Origin: an uncultured virus (IMG/VR IMGVR_UViG_2540341129_000004)
Lineage: Duplodnaviria; Heunggongvirae; Uroviricota; Caudoviricetes
IMG/VR virus record: IMGVR_UViG_2540341129_000004
Strand: one strand, 5' to 3'
Length of the DNA: 64,000 nucleotides
The notes under the pieces were generated by a model. That model was not told the origin of the DNA, did no database searches, and worked only from the letters and a program-made list of their open reading frames with translations. The translations under genes and the position numbers were made by a program. This document shows positions 43,956 to 53,053 of this stretch, piece after piece (the stretch's first letter is position 1; each line of letters starts with the position of its first letter).

Positions 43956-46818
43956 TTAGGTAGCAGAGCGATATTTGGTTTTATTCTTATGCCATTTTTC
44001 TCTTTGTCGTTCTTTTTCTCTTTTATTAAAACAGCTAGTGCAATATTTTTTGCGGTTAGAAGAGGATTTGATTATTTTTAAACAAGAACTGCATTTAGTT
44101 GTATTCTTTAAGTTCTTTCGTAAATTCTCTAGGATTGTATCCCCGAAACATTCCCATAATGTTGATTTAAATTTGCTTTTCTTTTTATACAGATACTTAA
44201 TCAGAACATCAGCAACATATTGCTCGTCTTCATGAATCTTCAGCAATCTGTCTTTAATGACCTTATAAACATAAAGTTTTTGTCCAGGCTTAATGTCTTC
44301 ATCATTCATGAGCCATTTCTTGTTTTGGTCTAATCGTTTGTACTCACTAATAATTGCCTCGTCCAACTTAATATCCTTGTTCTTGAGCAGGAAGCGATAA
44401 TCGAACTTCCCTGCAACAGCTGCAAAATTAATTCGGTCTGAGGGGATAATGGAGTCTAACTTGTTTACTGTGCTTTCATTAATTAACTCAACGCCATGTT
44501 CTTCTTTATCCTTTGCATTGATGAAGAAGTGGGGTACTTTATTTTTTATGTAATCTTTGATTTTTTCATCGACATGATCAGGTCGGGTAGGCATGAATAA
44601 GGTTTTTGCGAACTTTGATACCCTCGGTTTCCCGATATTTTATTAGGGAATAGACCATATCATCATCTGTGCTAGACAGATGGTCAGCGCTTCATAATAA
44701 GGAATTTCACCTTATTATTACTCCATAAAGGATGGTCGTTGCACCTTCATTTACAAGTGCTTCCCAGCATGATGTAAACGCTTGGCACAGGGTTATCGTA
44801 TCGATAAGGACTTAGAATTCCCCTGTTAGCACACTCATTGACGATCATTTCCTATCGCTGCTTTTCGCTGAATGCACACCCTAGATTTCTAGGTTCACTG
44901 ACTTTTCATCCGCATATCGCTATGCGACGCGACTAAAAATTTAATCGATAGTAAAGTTATTTTCCATACATAGCCATTTGATCACGTCCATATTTATGTT
45001 GTCACTGTTCCATATCTTAGTGATGTTGTTGCTGTACTCCCCGATATTGATCCCATAAGCAAGAGTTAGTGCTTCATAGATGTTTTTGCTATTAATCTCT
45101 TGTTTCTGGGCTACAGACATTTCATAATACAACGGAACGATGTTTTCCATATTACGCTTGGCAATATTGACGATTAACTCATCAGGAATAATTAAGGCCT
45201 TATCCCCGTCATTGTCGAACTGCAGCAGTTTAGATATTGGATCATGAATGCTGGTGTAAACACCTGGGGTAATGAACCACTTTTCATATTCCTCATCTTT
45301 TTTGTTCCACCTAACACCATGCTCTCTGAATAGGTGAGGGGAGCGGAGGATATCAATATACCCTTCATCATATAAAGAACAATGGACATCACTTCCTGAA
45401 AGCAGTCCTTTTGGATTCTGGATGTTCAGAAATAATTTTTCGCAGAAAGCATACAGGTCAGGGCATAAGTATGTATAACGAGCACCATCAACAAGCAATT
45501 TTCCTGATTTGGCATCTTTAATCATGCTTTTCTTTTTATTTTTAATAATTTCTTTCGTGTGATCATCGTTAAGAAGTTCTGGATATAGAAGCAAAGCGTT
45601 CTGAAGAGCTGTTCGATGTTTCTTTTTCTCCGTAGCTCCAAGAACTCTTAACATGGTTTCTTTGTCAGTTCCCAATGTGGTAATCTCTTTTACAGTCTTA
45701 GAGCTCATTTGAATTAATTCTTCATCGGAGATATCTGTAAGTGTCTGGAGCATTTGATAAGTGAGCTTACCTTCAACAGAAGGGTCTTCTTCGTTGAGTT
45801 TTGCCCCTAAGCATCCATATTTTTTATAATTGAATTGATATTCTTCCCACGATGAATAATACTTCCACATTTTAAACTGGCTTTTAGTGAAGATAATTTG
45901 AACATCTTCTTTCACTACGTCCCATTCCTTGCCGTATATATCAGTTACTTTAAAAGCTTTGTTTTCCTCAGCAAATTTACGAAAATCAAAAGGGACTAAT
46001 AAACCCTTTACCCATGGGAGTCTTACCATGAAGCTTTTACGACTTAGAGTGGGGAGTATCATTCCGCAGCCATCTGTATGTTCAATGGGAATGTTCATTG
46101 TTTTTCGTGTGATATCGTAGGTATCTCGATCAATGTAGTCAACGAGACTCGACACATCAGTTTCTAAGTCGTTGACAACAATGGCTTTATCAATATCAAT
46201 CTCCCAAGGGCTACTGGCACTGTTAGAAAGGGCCATATAGCTATTCCATTTGTTAATGCTACTACCACCAAGGGAGTTGATCTTTTCAATACTTAAGCCG
46301 CATGTCAAAGCATCCTGATACTTATCGTAGGTGCTTTTTTTAATGAAACATGACTTCTTTGTACGAATTTGACCGGCGCTGCTCGTGAAATAAATGTATT
46401 TTTCATTGTTATGTAAAAATCCCTGATCAATAATGTCCTTCAATACTTCAAAATGGTAAGTCTGGACAACCATGATTTCCTCTGAAAGGGTGTTTTCTTT
46501 AATCCCTAATGTTCGGGTCAACACTGAATCAAATAAAGAAATCACTTTATTATCCCTTAAGCTGTCAGTTCGAAGTGTTCTTATGTTATTATGTTCTTCG
46601 AATGCGGAATAGAGGCATTCTTTAAGGTATGTAATTCTTTGTGATATGTATTTCTTATGTTTATTATTTACATTGTCTAATGTCTTAAGATAATCTCTGT
46701 ATCTATAAGACTTCAAAATCTTATTATGTAAGGAATTTTCTTTGTCATTATAAAATGCTGATGTGTCCACGCTGTATATGTGAACTTGCTTAGACAATCC
46801 GTCTTTTTTTCTTTTCAA
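43956..46818 (-). CDS. yonO: YonO single-subunit double-psi-barrel RNA polymerase; two exons (46818-44944 and 44612-43956), ~843 aa spliced
   Basis: TDGCG, RSPH, catalytic DNDGD; the splice restores [14 protein letters not shown]. Confidence 0.9.
44613..44943 (-). ncRNA. Group I self-splicing intron (331 nt, no homing endonuclease ORF)
   Basis: P1 CGAU/UAAA..UUUAGUCG with U.G at the 5' splice site; P3 CAGCG/CGCUG; P7 GACCAU (44737-44732)/AUGGUC (44658-44653); P9 with GAAA loop; terminal G at 44613; removal restores the frame. Confidence 0.9.
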
Positions 46819-46858
46819 TCAATCCCCTCCATTTATTTTATTTTTACTCTAAAAGTGC

Positions 46859-47038
46859 TTAATATTCGCTATTAAGATATTGATTTACTAAACTTCGATA
46901 TGTAAAGCTTTGCTTATTAATCTTTCCGTACCATTTATAATCCTGATAAAGGTATTCTTCTTCGGGTGTTGCTGTCCCATCGACTACTTTTCCCTCAATA
47001 AATCCCATTAAATGACTAAATAAATACTGCTTTTTCAT
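46859..47038 (-). CDS. 59-aa protein upstream of yonO (YonP position; not in ORF track)
   Basis: GGAGGTG RBS; MKKQYLFSHLMGFIEGKVVDG...NSEY*. Confidence 0.75.
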   Translation of the reverse strand: MKKQYLFSHLMGFIEGKVVDGTATPEEEYLYQDYKWYGKINKQSFTYRSLVNQYLNSEY

Positions 47039-47113
47039 CTTACACCTCCATACTATTTTATTTTTACTCTTAAAGTAATTAAAATAAAGACCACTTCATG
47101 TGGTTGTGTCTTT

Positions 47114-47142
47114 ATTATATATTTTATTTTTACTCTTGTAAA
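47114..47142 (-). promoter_or_regulatory. sigmaA promoter for yonP-yonO whose spacer is the 16-bp repeat motif
   Basis: TTTACA-N17-TATAAT; spacer AGAGTAAAAATAAAATA. Confidence 0.8.
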
Positions 47143-47157
47143 CATAAAAATCCAAAG

Positions 47158-47394
47158 TTAATTGGATTTAATTTCGATTAATTCAAAAAGATCGTCAACT
47201 TTACAATTTAGAATATGTGCCATCAATAAAAGATTGTATGTACTAGGGAGGACGGTTGCAAATCCCTCGCTGTCATTTTTACACCATCTAGATATACTTG
47301 CTCTTTCAGCTTTTATTTGCTCTGCTAACCAGCCTTTTTCAATACCTTTGCTGTTTAGAAATGAATCCAACTTACTTTTAACCCTATATTCCAT
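47158..47394 (-). CDS. XRE/Cro-CI helix-turn-helix regulator
   Basis: WLAEQI..ERASISRWC..PS...LL.MAHIL.CKVDDLF. Confidence 0.85.
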   Translation of the reverse strand: MEYRVKSKLDSFLNSKGIEKGWLAEQIKAERASISRWCKNDSEGFATVLPSTYNLLLMAHILNCKVDDLFELIEIKSN

Positions 47395-47485
47395 TTAAAT
47401 CATCCTTTTGCTGTTTGAATAAATTTTATAAAATGACTGGTTTACATACAAGCAGAGTATGATTATTTGCATTAAGATACAAAAA

Positions 47486-47507
47486 TATTTGCATTTAAAT
47501 GCAAATA
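47486..47507. promoter_or_regulatory. Perfect 22-bp palindrome over the -35 of the tubR-tubZ-like promoter
   Basis: TATTTGCATTTAAATGCAAATA; extra half-site at 47464-47473; TATAAT at 47513-47518. Confidence 0.65.
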
Positions 47508-47572
47508 GGCAATATAATAATTGTATATCAACCAAGATACTTCAAAATCATCAGATATTAAGGAGGGGTCAC

Positions 47573-47857
47573 ATGGATACTTATTTTGCTTCTGTCATTG
47601 ACAACTTAACTCGAAATGATCTGTATATTCTAGGCTTATTGAGCGATGAAGGGGCTGATTTAAAGTTTAAATCAATTAGGAAGAAAACCATTCAAGCTAA
47701 AACTCAACTAACTGATGCTACTTTTAGAAAGAGCATTGATCGTCTTGAGGCCTTGCAGTTTATTAATATAGTGAAAAACAGTAAAGAGCATACAATTTTT
47801 ATTACTCAATATGGTCAAGAAGCTTTGAGATATCAATTAGAAGGGGAGAGGGTTTAA
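47573..47857 (+). CDS. Winged-helix DNA-binding protein (TubR-like adaptor candidate), 94 aa
   Basis: AGGAGG RBS; LTDATFRKSIDRLEALQFI..ITQYG wHTH pattern; stop overlaps the tubulin start. Confidence 0.75.
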   Translation: MDTYFASVIDNLTRNDLYILGLLSDEGADLKFKSIRKKTIQAKTQLTDATFRKSIDRLEALQFINIVKNSKEHTIFITQYGQEALRYQLEGERV

Positions 47858-48969
47858 TGTTTGGTTTTATTGGAGTTGGTCAGGCCGGCGGAAGTGTAGC
47901 AGATGAAGCAATGAAGAGAGGATTTCATTCTGTCGCAATAAATTATTCACTTTCAGACCTTAATTCATTGGTCAATATTCAAGATAAGCTTCATCTGGTT
48001 GGGACAGAAGGAGTTGGCAAAGAAAGAAGTGTAGCAGCGAAACATATGAAAAACAACTGGGAATCTTCTATTGAGTTTATAAAGAACACAATGGAAAAGC
48101 CTTCAGTACAAGTCATTTTTGTTGTTTTCTCTGCAGCTGGTGGAACTGGTTCAGGGGTAGCTCCTATATTATTAGAATTGTTAAACGAATGTCTTACTCA
48201 TAAAACAATAGTTGCTGTACCCATCCTTCCTGACAACAATGAAGTATTGGTCAATCAGATGAATTCACTGGAGTTGCTTGATGACTTATCTATGCCAGAG
48301 ACATGTGTTTTACCTTTGGATAATCAAATGGTTTTGAGCAAATATGAAGGGAAGATTTCTGAAAGCAGACTATACAAGGAGACAAACAAGATGTTCCTTG
48401 ATTTAATCGAAGTCTTACTCAATTACACGGACAGAGGATCAAAGATCAGTACATTAGACAGGAAGGATTTAAATCAGCTTTTTGATACACCAGGAATCAT
48501 GACTATTGCTCAAACAGACCTCAATGAATTTACAAATGAGGGTAAGTATTTTGATAAGCTGCATGAAGATATACAAAAGTCGTGGAACAATTCGATTTTC
48601 ACTCCTGTTGAGTTTACAAATGTGATGAGAGCTGGAGTTATTCTGGATGTTCATGAGTTCTTAACGGAACATATATCGTATAATGAGCTGTTTAATGTCT
48701 TTGATAACAAGATGCCCCTAGACTTATTTAAAGGGCATTATGATAAAGGTAATAGGGCGATAACGATTCTTAGTGGATTAACCTGGATCAATGAGCGAAT
48801 GAAGCAGTTAGATGATTTAATTGAAAATGGGAACACTGAAGTTAAAGAAACAACTGTTTATAAAGCGAAGAATCGCCGTAGAGAGGATTTATTTAAACCG
48901 AAAAAACTGGAGAACAAGGAATCGAAAAAGACCTCTTATATGGAGGCACTGAAGAGACTAAAGCGCTAA
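47857..48969 (+). CDS. Tubulin/FtsZ-family GTPase (TubZ/PhuZ-like)
   Basis: IGVGQAGG, AAGGTGSG signature loop, LDN, T7-like LDRKD; basic C-terminal tail. Confidence 0.9.
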   Translation: MFGFIGVGQAGGSVADEAMKRGFHSVAINYSLSDLNSLVNIQDKLHLVGTEGVGKERSVAAKHMKNNWESSIEFIKNTMEKPSVQVIFVVFSAAGGTGSGVAPILLELLNECLTHKTIVAVPILPDNNEVLVNQMNSLELLDDLSMPETCVLPLDNQMVLSKYEGKISESRLYKETNKMFLDLIEVLLNYTDRGSKISTLDRKDLNQLFDTPGIMTIAQTDLNEFTNEGKYFDKLHEDIQKSWNNSIFTPVEFTNVMRAGVILDVHEFLTEHISYNELFNVFDNKMPLDLFKGHYDKGNRAITILSGLTWINERMKQLDDLIENGNTEVKETTVYKAKNRRREDLFKPKKLENKESKKTSYMEALKRLKR

Positions 48970-48977
48970 TTTTAAAG

Positions 48978-49005
48978 GGAAGCTGCCTATTTTGGTGGCT
49001 TTTTT
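48978..49005 (+). terminator. Terminator after the tubulin gene
   Basis: AAGCTGCC..GGTGGCTT stem (G.U pairs) plus T-run. Confidence 0.7.
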
Positions 49006-49969
49006 ATTTTGATTTTTTATGACCCCCCCTTGGTGATCGTGAGCTAAAAAAAGTGCTTATCGTCAATGAAGATCGGAAAGGGTTAATTAGTTGATATAGC
49101 AATGTTTTAGAGCTGTCAAAGGGGATAATAGGTGTTTTGTGATCGTAAAACGTAGACAGGAGAGAGGAAAAGTGGTTGTTTATTTAAAAATCCAATGAAA
49201 AAGGGGAGAATAAGGGGTGGAAAAACATTGATATTATAGGCTTTTACGATAGCGATTACGATGTGAAAATAGGCCGAAAAATGGGAAAGTGAAAAAATAA
49301 GTTGGGTGTGGAAATGGAAGTGCTAGGGGTACATTTGTTCCTGTTTTTTGGCCTTTAGATGTTAATACACCCCCTATATATTGGTATTGAATTCCCTATA
49401 TAAGATACGTTATGTAGGGTTTTTATGATTTGGCTGATAAATTTGCAAAGCTAACACAATTTCAAATGAAAAACAATACTTATTTTTAAAAAAATAATTA
49501 AGCGGTCAAATTAAAAGTGAATACTTCATTAAAAATAATCGTGTGTATAACGAGAGGGAGCAAATCGAAGTGTTATCTATACAATTTTTTATCTAACCTA
49601 TACAATCCACATACCTATTTTATATTCACTCTAATAATATCCCTTCTCATCCTTCATCTCATTACATCCACCATTACCTATCCTCATCTTACCTAAAACA
49701 CATTTATCTTCACCACACATCATTATATACCCATCCCATAACACACTAACCATAACATCATCAGAAGCATTCTAATACACCTAGAATCAATTTTAATTTG
49801 ATCATAGTATCATTTGGTATCCAATCCATATACACGCCTTATACAGCCTATAAACACCCATAAATAATAGTCCAAAATAATTTAAAAAAATCCATATTAA
49901 GAGTAAAAATAAAATGACTTTGCAGGAAAAATGTGCTATAATAGAGTTATAGGAAAGGAGGTGAACAGA

Positions 49970-50149
49970 GTGCTTGAGAAAGTGGGTATAACAATTGCTT
50001 TCCTTATTCCTATCACGGTTTTAATCATTAACTGTTTAACGATAACTGAGAAGATTCAAAACCTGATGAAGAATAAAGAAAGCAAAAAGAAAAAGCGTAC
50101 ACGCAAGCGTCTCCGACCAGAGAGACAACGCAAACGTATACGCAGATAA
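49970..50149 (+). CDS. yonT: Type I toxin YonT
   Basis: (V/M)LEKVGITIAFLI..TM plus very basic tail KKKKRTRKRLRPERQRKRIRR; AAAGGAGGTG RBS; TG-n-TATAAT promoter upstream. Confidence 0.88.
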   Translation: MLEKVGITIAFLIPITVLIINCLTITEKIQNLMKNKESKKKKRTRKRLRPERQRKRIRR

Positions 50150-50184
50150 CACGCTAAAGGGGATTAATTCCCCTTTAGTCACTA
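50084..50184 (-). ncRNA. SR6-like antisense antitoxin RNA (ends approximate)
   Basis: Minus-strand TTTACA..TG-n-TATAAT promoter (50217-50190); hairpin 50154-50178; terminator-like stem plus U-run inside the yonT 3' end. Same layout as SPbeta yonT/SR6. Confidence 0.7.
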
Positions 50185-50197
50185 CCCATATTATAAC

Positions 50198-50401
50198 ATG
50201 GACAAGCACATTGTAAACATGAAACGATTCTCATTATGGTTTACGAACATTACATTTGTTGTTTTATTCTTATTATTCCTTTTCATCAAAGATTATTTCA
50301 GCAGCGGAATACAGTCGCTTATTATGGCTATCTTCATAGTAACGTGTATCATTGTCATTTTGTTATGGATCGCTTACTTTGTATACGCCAAAAGAAGGTA
50401 A
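50198..50401 (+). CDS. yoyJ: YoyJ-like small 2-TM protein
   Basis: MKRFSLWFT..IKDYFSS pattern directly after yonT. Confidence 0.72.
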   Translation: MDKHIVNMKRFSLWFTNITFVVLFLLFLFIKDYFSSGIQSLIMAIFIVTCIIVILLWIAYFVYAKRR

Positions 50402-50664
50402 ACAAATTTAACTGACATCACAATTAATGGTGCTTATTAGTGGTGAGCGGGACAGAAAAATGGATTGACACAAATGAACCTGAAGAAATTGCATCTATGT
50501 TGCCAAAATAAAAAGTGATCAACAGTGCAATAATGATTCATTTTCTAGGCTGGAAGGACACTTTAATGATCTTGAAGAGAGAACTAACAATTGAATTTAA
50601 GACGTAAGAAGGAGCGGTATATTGTTTATCGTTCCTTTTTAAAAAGAAATTAAAAGGAGGTAAA

Positions 50665-51513
50665 ATGAAAGGAATATATCAGATAACAAATAAGCATAAC
50701 GGAAAAAAATATATAGGAAGTAGCATAAATGTATTCAAACGTTGGGAACAACATATAAATGATCTACATTATGGGGTTCACCATTCTCATATCCTTCAGA
50801 AAGATTGGGATAAACATAGCTTAAATGATTTCACATTCGAAATATTGGAGCATGTAGAAAAGAAAAAGGATTTATTAAAAATAGAGCAAATGTGGCTAGA
50901 TGGAGAGGACACAGACGGTCTGTATAATGTTCTAAGCTCCACTACAATGCGGAGCATTTCAGCTCCTTCTAGTTTCGTAGAAGATGTGTTTTATTGTAAA
51001 AACCTTTCAGAGAGAACTCTGCATCTCTTAAAGAAAAACTTAATAATCCACGAGAAAAAAGGTAAGTTGCTTCATAGCGGAAATAATAGATATGACTACA
51101 GTAAAACTTGGTTCAATAAAAACTCTGGTGGTGCTGTGCAACAATTAAAATTGAATATGAATAATTATTTTTATAATCAAACAAAATCAACTAGTCAAGA
51201 GCGTTGCTGGACAACATTCACACAATATGCGAGACAATTAGAATTCAAAGGAAACAAGAAAAGATTTGTGCCTCTCAACGGTCAAGAGCTAAAGGAAAAG
51301 AAAAGTTATCTGTGCTTTGCAGCCAATTGTTTCCCAAACTCGTTTTTGATTGCGAAATATAACGAGTTGTCATCTCTAGATGAAGATACATACGCTTTAT
51401 CTTTGATTTTAAAATGGATAATAAACTGTGGCAATATCAATAAGCCTTTAACAGTGTTCATTCCTTCGATGAGAATGGAAAAGCTGCTTTCACAATGGAT
51501 ATATAATATTTAA
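50665..51513 (+). CDS. GIY-YIG nuclease fused to a YonV-C-terminus-like domain
   Basis: GIYQI..KKYIGSS..RW..H..E..YN; C-terminal half aligns by eye with the C-terminus of the next ORF. Confidence 0.85.
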   Translation: MKGIYQITNKHNGKKYIGSSINVFKRWEQHINDLHYGVHHSHILQKDWDKHSLNDFTFEILEHVEKKKDLLKIEQMWLDGEDTDGLYNVLSSTTMRSISAPSSFVEDVFYCKNLSERTLHLLKKNLIIHEKKGKLLHSGNNRYDYSKTWFNKNSGGAVQQLKLNMNNYFYNQTKSTSQERCWTTFTQYARQLEFKGNKKRFVPLNGQELKEKKSYLCFAANCFPNSFLIAKYNELSSLDEDTYALSLILKWIINCGNINKPLTVFIPSMRMEKLLSQWIYNI

Positions 51514-51533
51514 GGGGGAAGTCTGTATATATT

Positions 51534-52751
51534 ATGAATAAAATTAAAATAGTTGACTCGGTTATGGGGAGCGGTAAAACATCTGCAGCGATTAACAAAA
51601 TGAATTCTGCCAGTAAAGAAGAAACCTTTATATTCATCACACCTTATTTAAATGAAGTTGAGCGCATAAAGAAAAGCATAAAGTCCAAACAATTTTTCGA
51701 ACCTAAAGTAAAGAAGAAAGGTGATAAAACACAATATAAGTTTGAATCCTTTCACGAACTCTTATCACAGAATAAAAATATTGTGGCAACTCATAACCTT
51801 TTTAAAAACGCAAACGACGAGACAAAAGAACTTATACTTGCAGGCAATTACACACTGATATTAGATGAAGTCATGGAAGTAGTGGAACAATTACAGGTAA
51901 AGAAACATGATCTAACCACACTGTTTGATTCCAATCTGATTTATATTGATAACGGTTTTGTCAAATGGAATGAAGAAAAAAAAGACTATGAAACACGATA
52001 CGATGATATTCGAGATATGGCGTTAAATAACAACCTAATGTATTTCAAAGATAATATATTGATTTGGAACTTTCCTGCCGACGTATTCCAGTTATTCAAG
52101 GAAGTTTACATACTTACATATATGTTTGATGCTCAAATACAAAAATATTACTACGATCTGAACAACATTAAGTATCAAAAGTACAGTTCAGCTTACATGG
52201 ATGGACAGTATAGCTTCATTGATCACCGTCCTGATTATGAAAGGAGCTTTAAGAAAGAGTTAAGAAACAAAATAAAAATATATGAAGGAAATCTAAACAC
52301 AATAGGACAACTGGAGTTTTCACTGTCTTCTAATTGGTATAAAAATAAATCACCATACACCATCAAAAAGGTGAAGAACAATGTATTCAATTACTTTAAT
52401 AATATTGTTAAGTCGTCAAGTGATGAAGCTATGTGGACGACTTATTCAGACCATAAGAACAGAATAAAGGGCAATGGGTATACAAAGGGGTTTATCTCAT
52501 GTAATGCACGTGCTACAAACGAGTTTAAGCATAAGAAACACTTAGCATATACAATAAACAGATACACGAATACTGTTCTGTATAATTATTTTAAAGAAAA
52601 GTACAGTATTACAATAGACCAGGACGCATTTGCATTGTCTGAGTTAGTGCAATGGGTATGGAGGTCAGCTATTAGGGATGGAGAAGAAATAACTTTGTAC
52701 ATACCTTCTTTAAGAATGAGGAAGCTGCTCACAAACTGGCTAGATACCTGA
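51534..52751 (+). CDS. yonV: SF2 helicase-like ATPase
   Basis: MGSGKT Walker A, LDEV Walker B, QWVWRSAIR motif VI-like; ~405 aa at the yonV position. Confidence 0.75.
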   Translation: MNKIKIVDSVMGSGKTSAAINKMNSASKEETFIFITPYLNEVERIKKSIKSKQFFEPKVKKKGDKTQYKFESFHELLSQNKNIVATHNLFKNANDETKELILAGNYTLILDEVMEVVEQLQVKKHDLTTLFDSNLIYIDNGFVKWNEEKKDYETRYDDIRDMALNNNLMYFKDNILIWNFPADVFQLFKEVYILTYMFDAQIQKYYYDLNNIKYQKYSSAYMDGQYSFIDHRPDYERSFKKELRNKIKIYEGNLNTIGQLEFSLSSNWYKNKSPYTIKKVKNNVFNYFNNIVKSSSDEAMWTTYSDHKNRIKGNGYTKGFISCNARATNEFKHKKHLAYTINRYTNTVLYNYFKEKYSITIDQDAFALSELVQWVWRSAIRDGEEITLYIPSLRMRKLLTNWLDT

Positions 52752-52953
52752 TAAAGAGGACAAACCTCTTAAACTTAAAAAATAAGCCAGTCATATCAAG
52801 GGTTTTAGAGCCTAAGTCTTAAGAAGAACCAGAAAAATAATTAAATAAAAAAATAATAAATTCGTCCGTAAAGTGCCTTTACGGCCGTCTCGTTTCAGCA
52901 AGCTGAACCTCGATAATATAATTTTCTTTTTTAGAATAAAAATAAAATAACTA

Positions 52954-52982
52954 TTGAATATTTATAGTGATCATGTTAAAAT
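52954..52982 (+). promoter_or_regulatory. sigmaA promoter bracketed by two 16-bp motifs
   Basis: TTGAAT-N17-TAAAAT with extended TG; motifs at 52933-52948 and 53012-53027. Confidence 0.75.
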
Positions 52983-53053
52983 TAAATCAAGTCAAAGGAT
53001 TACATACATTTAGAGTAAAAATAAAATCATTATAAAGAATGGGGAGATTGAAA

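Noticed and set aside
43956..46818. yonO as a pseudogene or two genes
   Set aside because: The gap has group I intron hallmarks and its removal restores the reading frame.
49328..49341. Possible LexA box GGTACATTTGTTCC
   Set aside because: Mismatch in the conserved GAAC half-site and no associated promoter or gene.
50402..50610. ORF fragments between yoyJ and the GIY-YIG gene
   Set aside because: Multiple stops and no RBS; at most an unidentifiable remnant.
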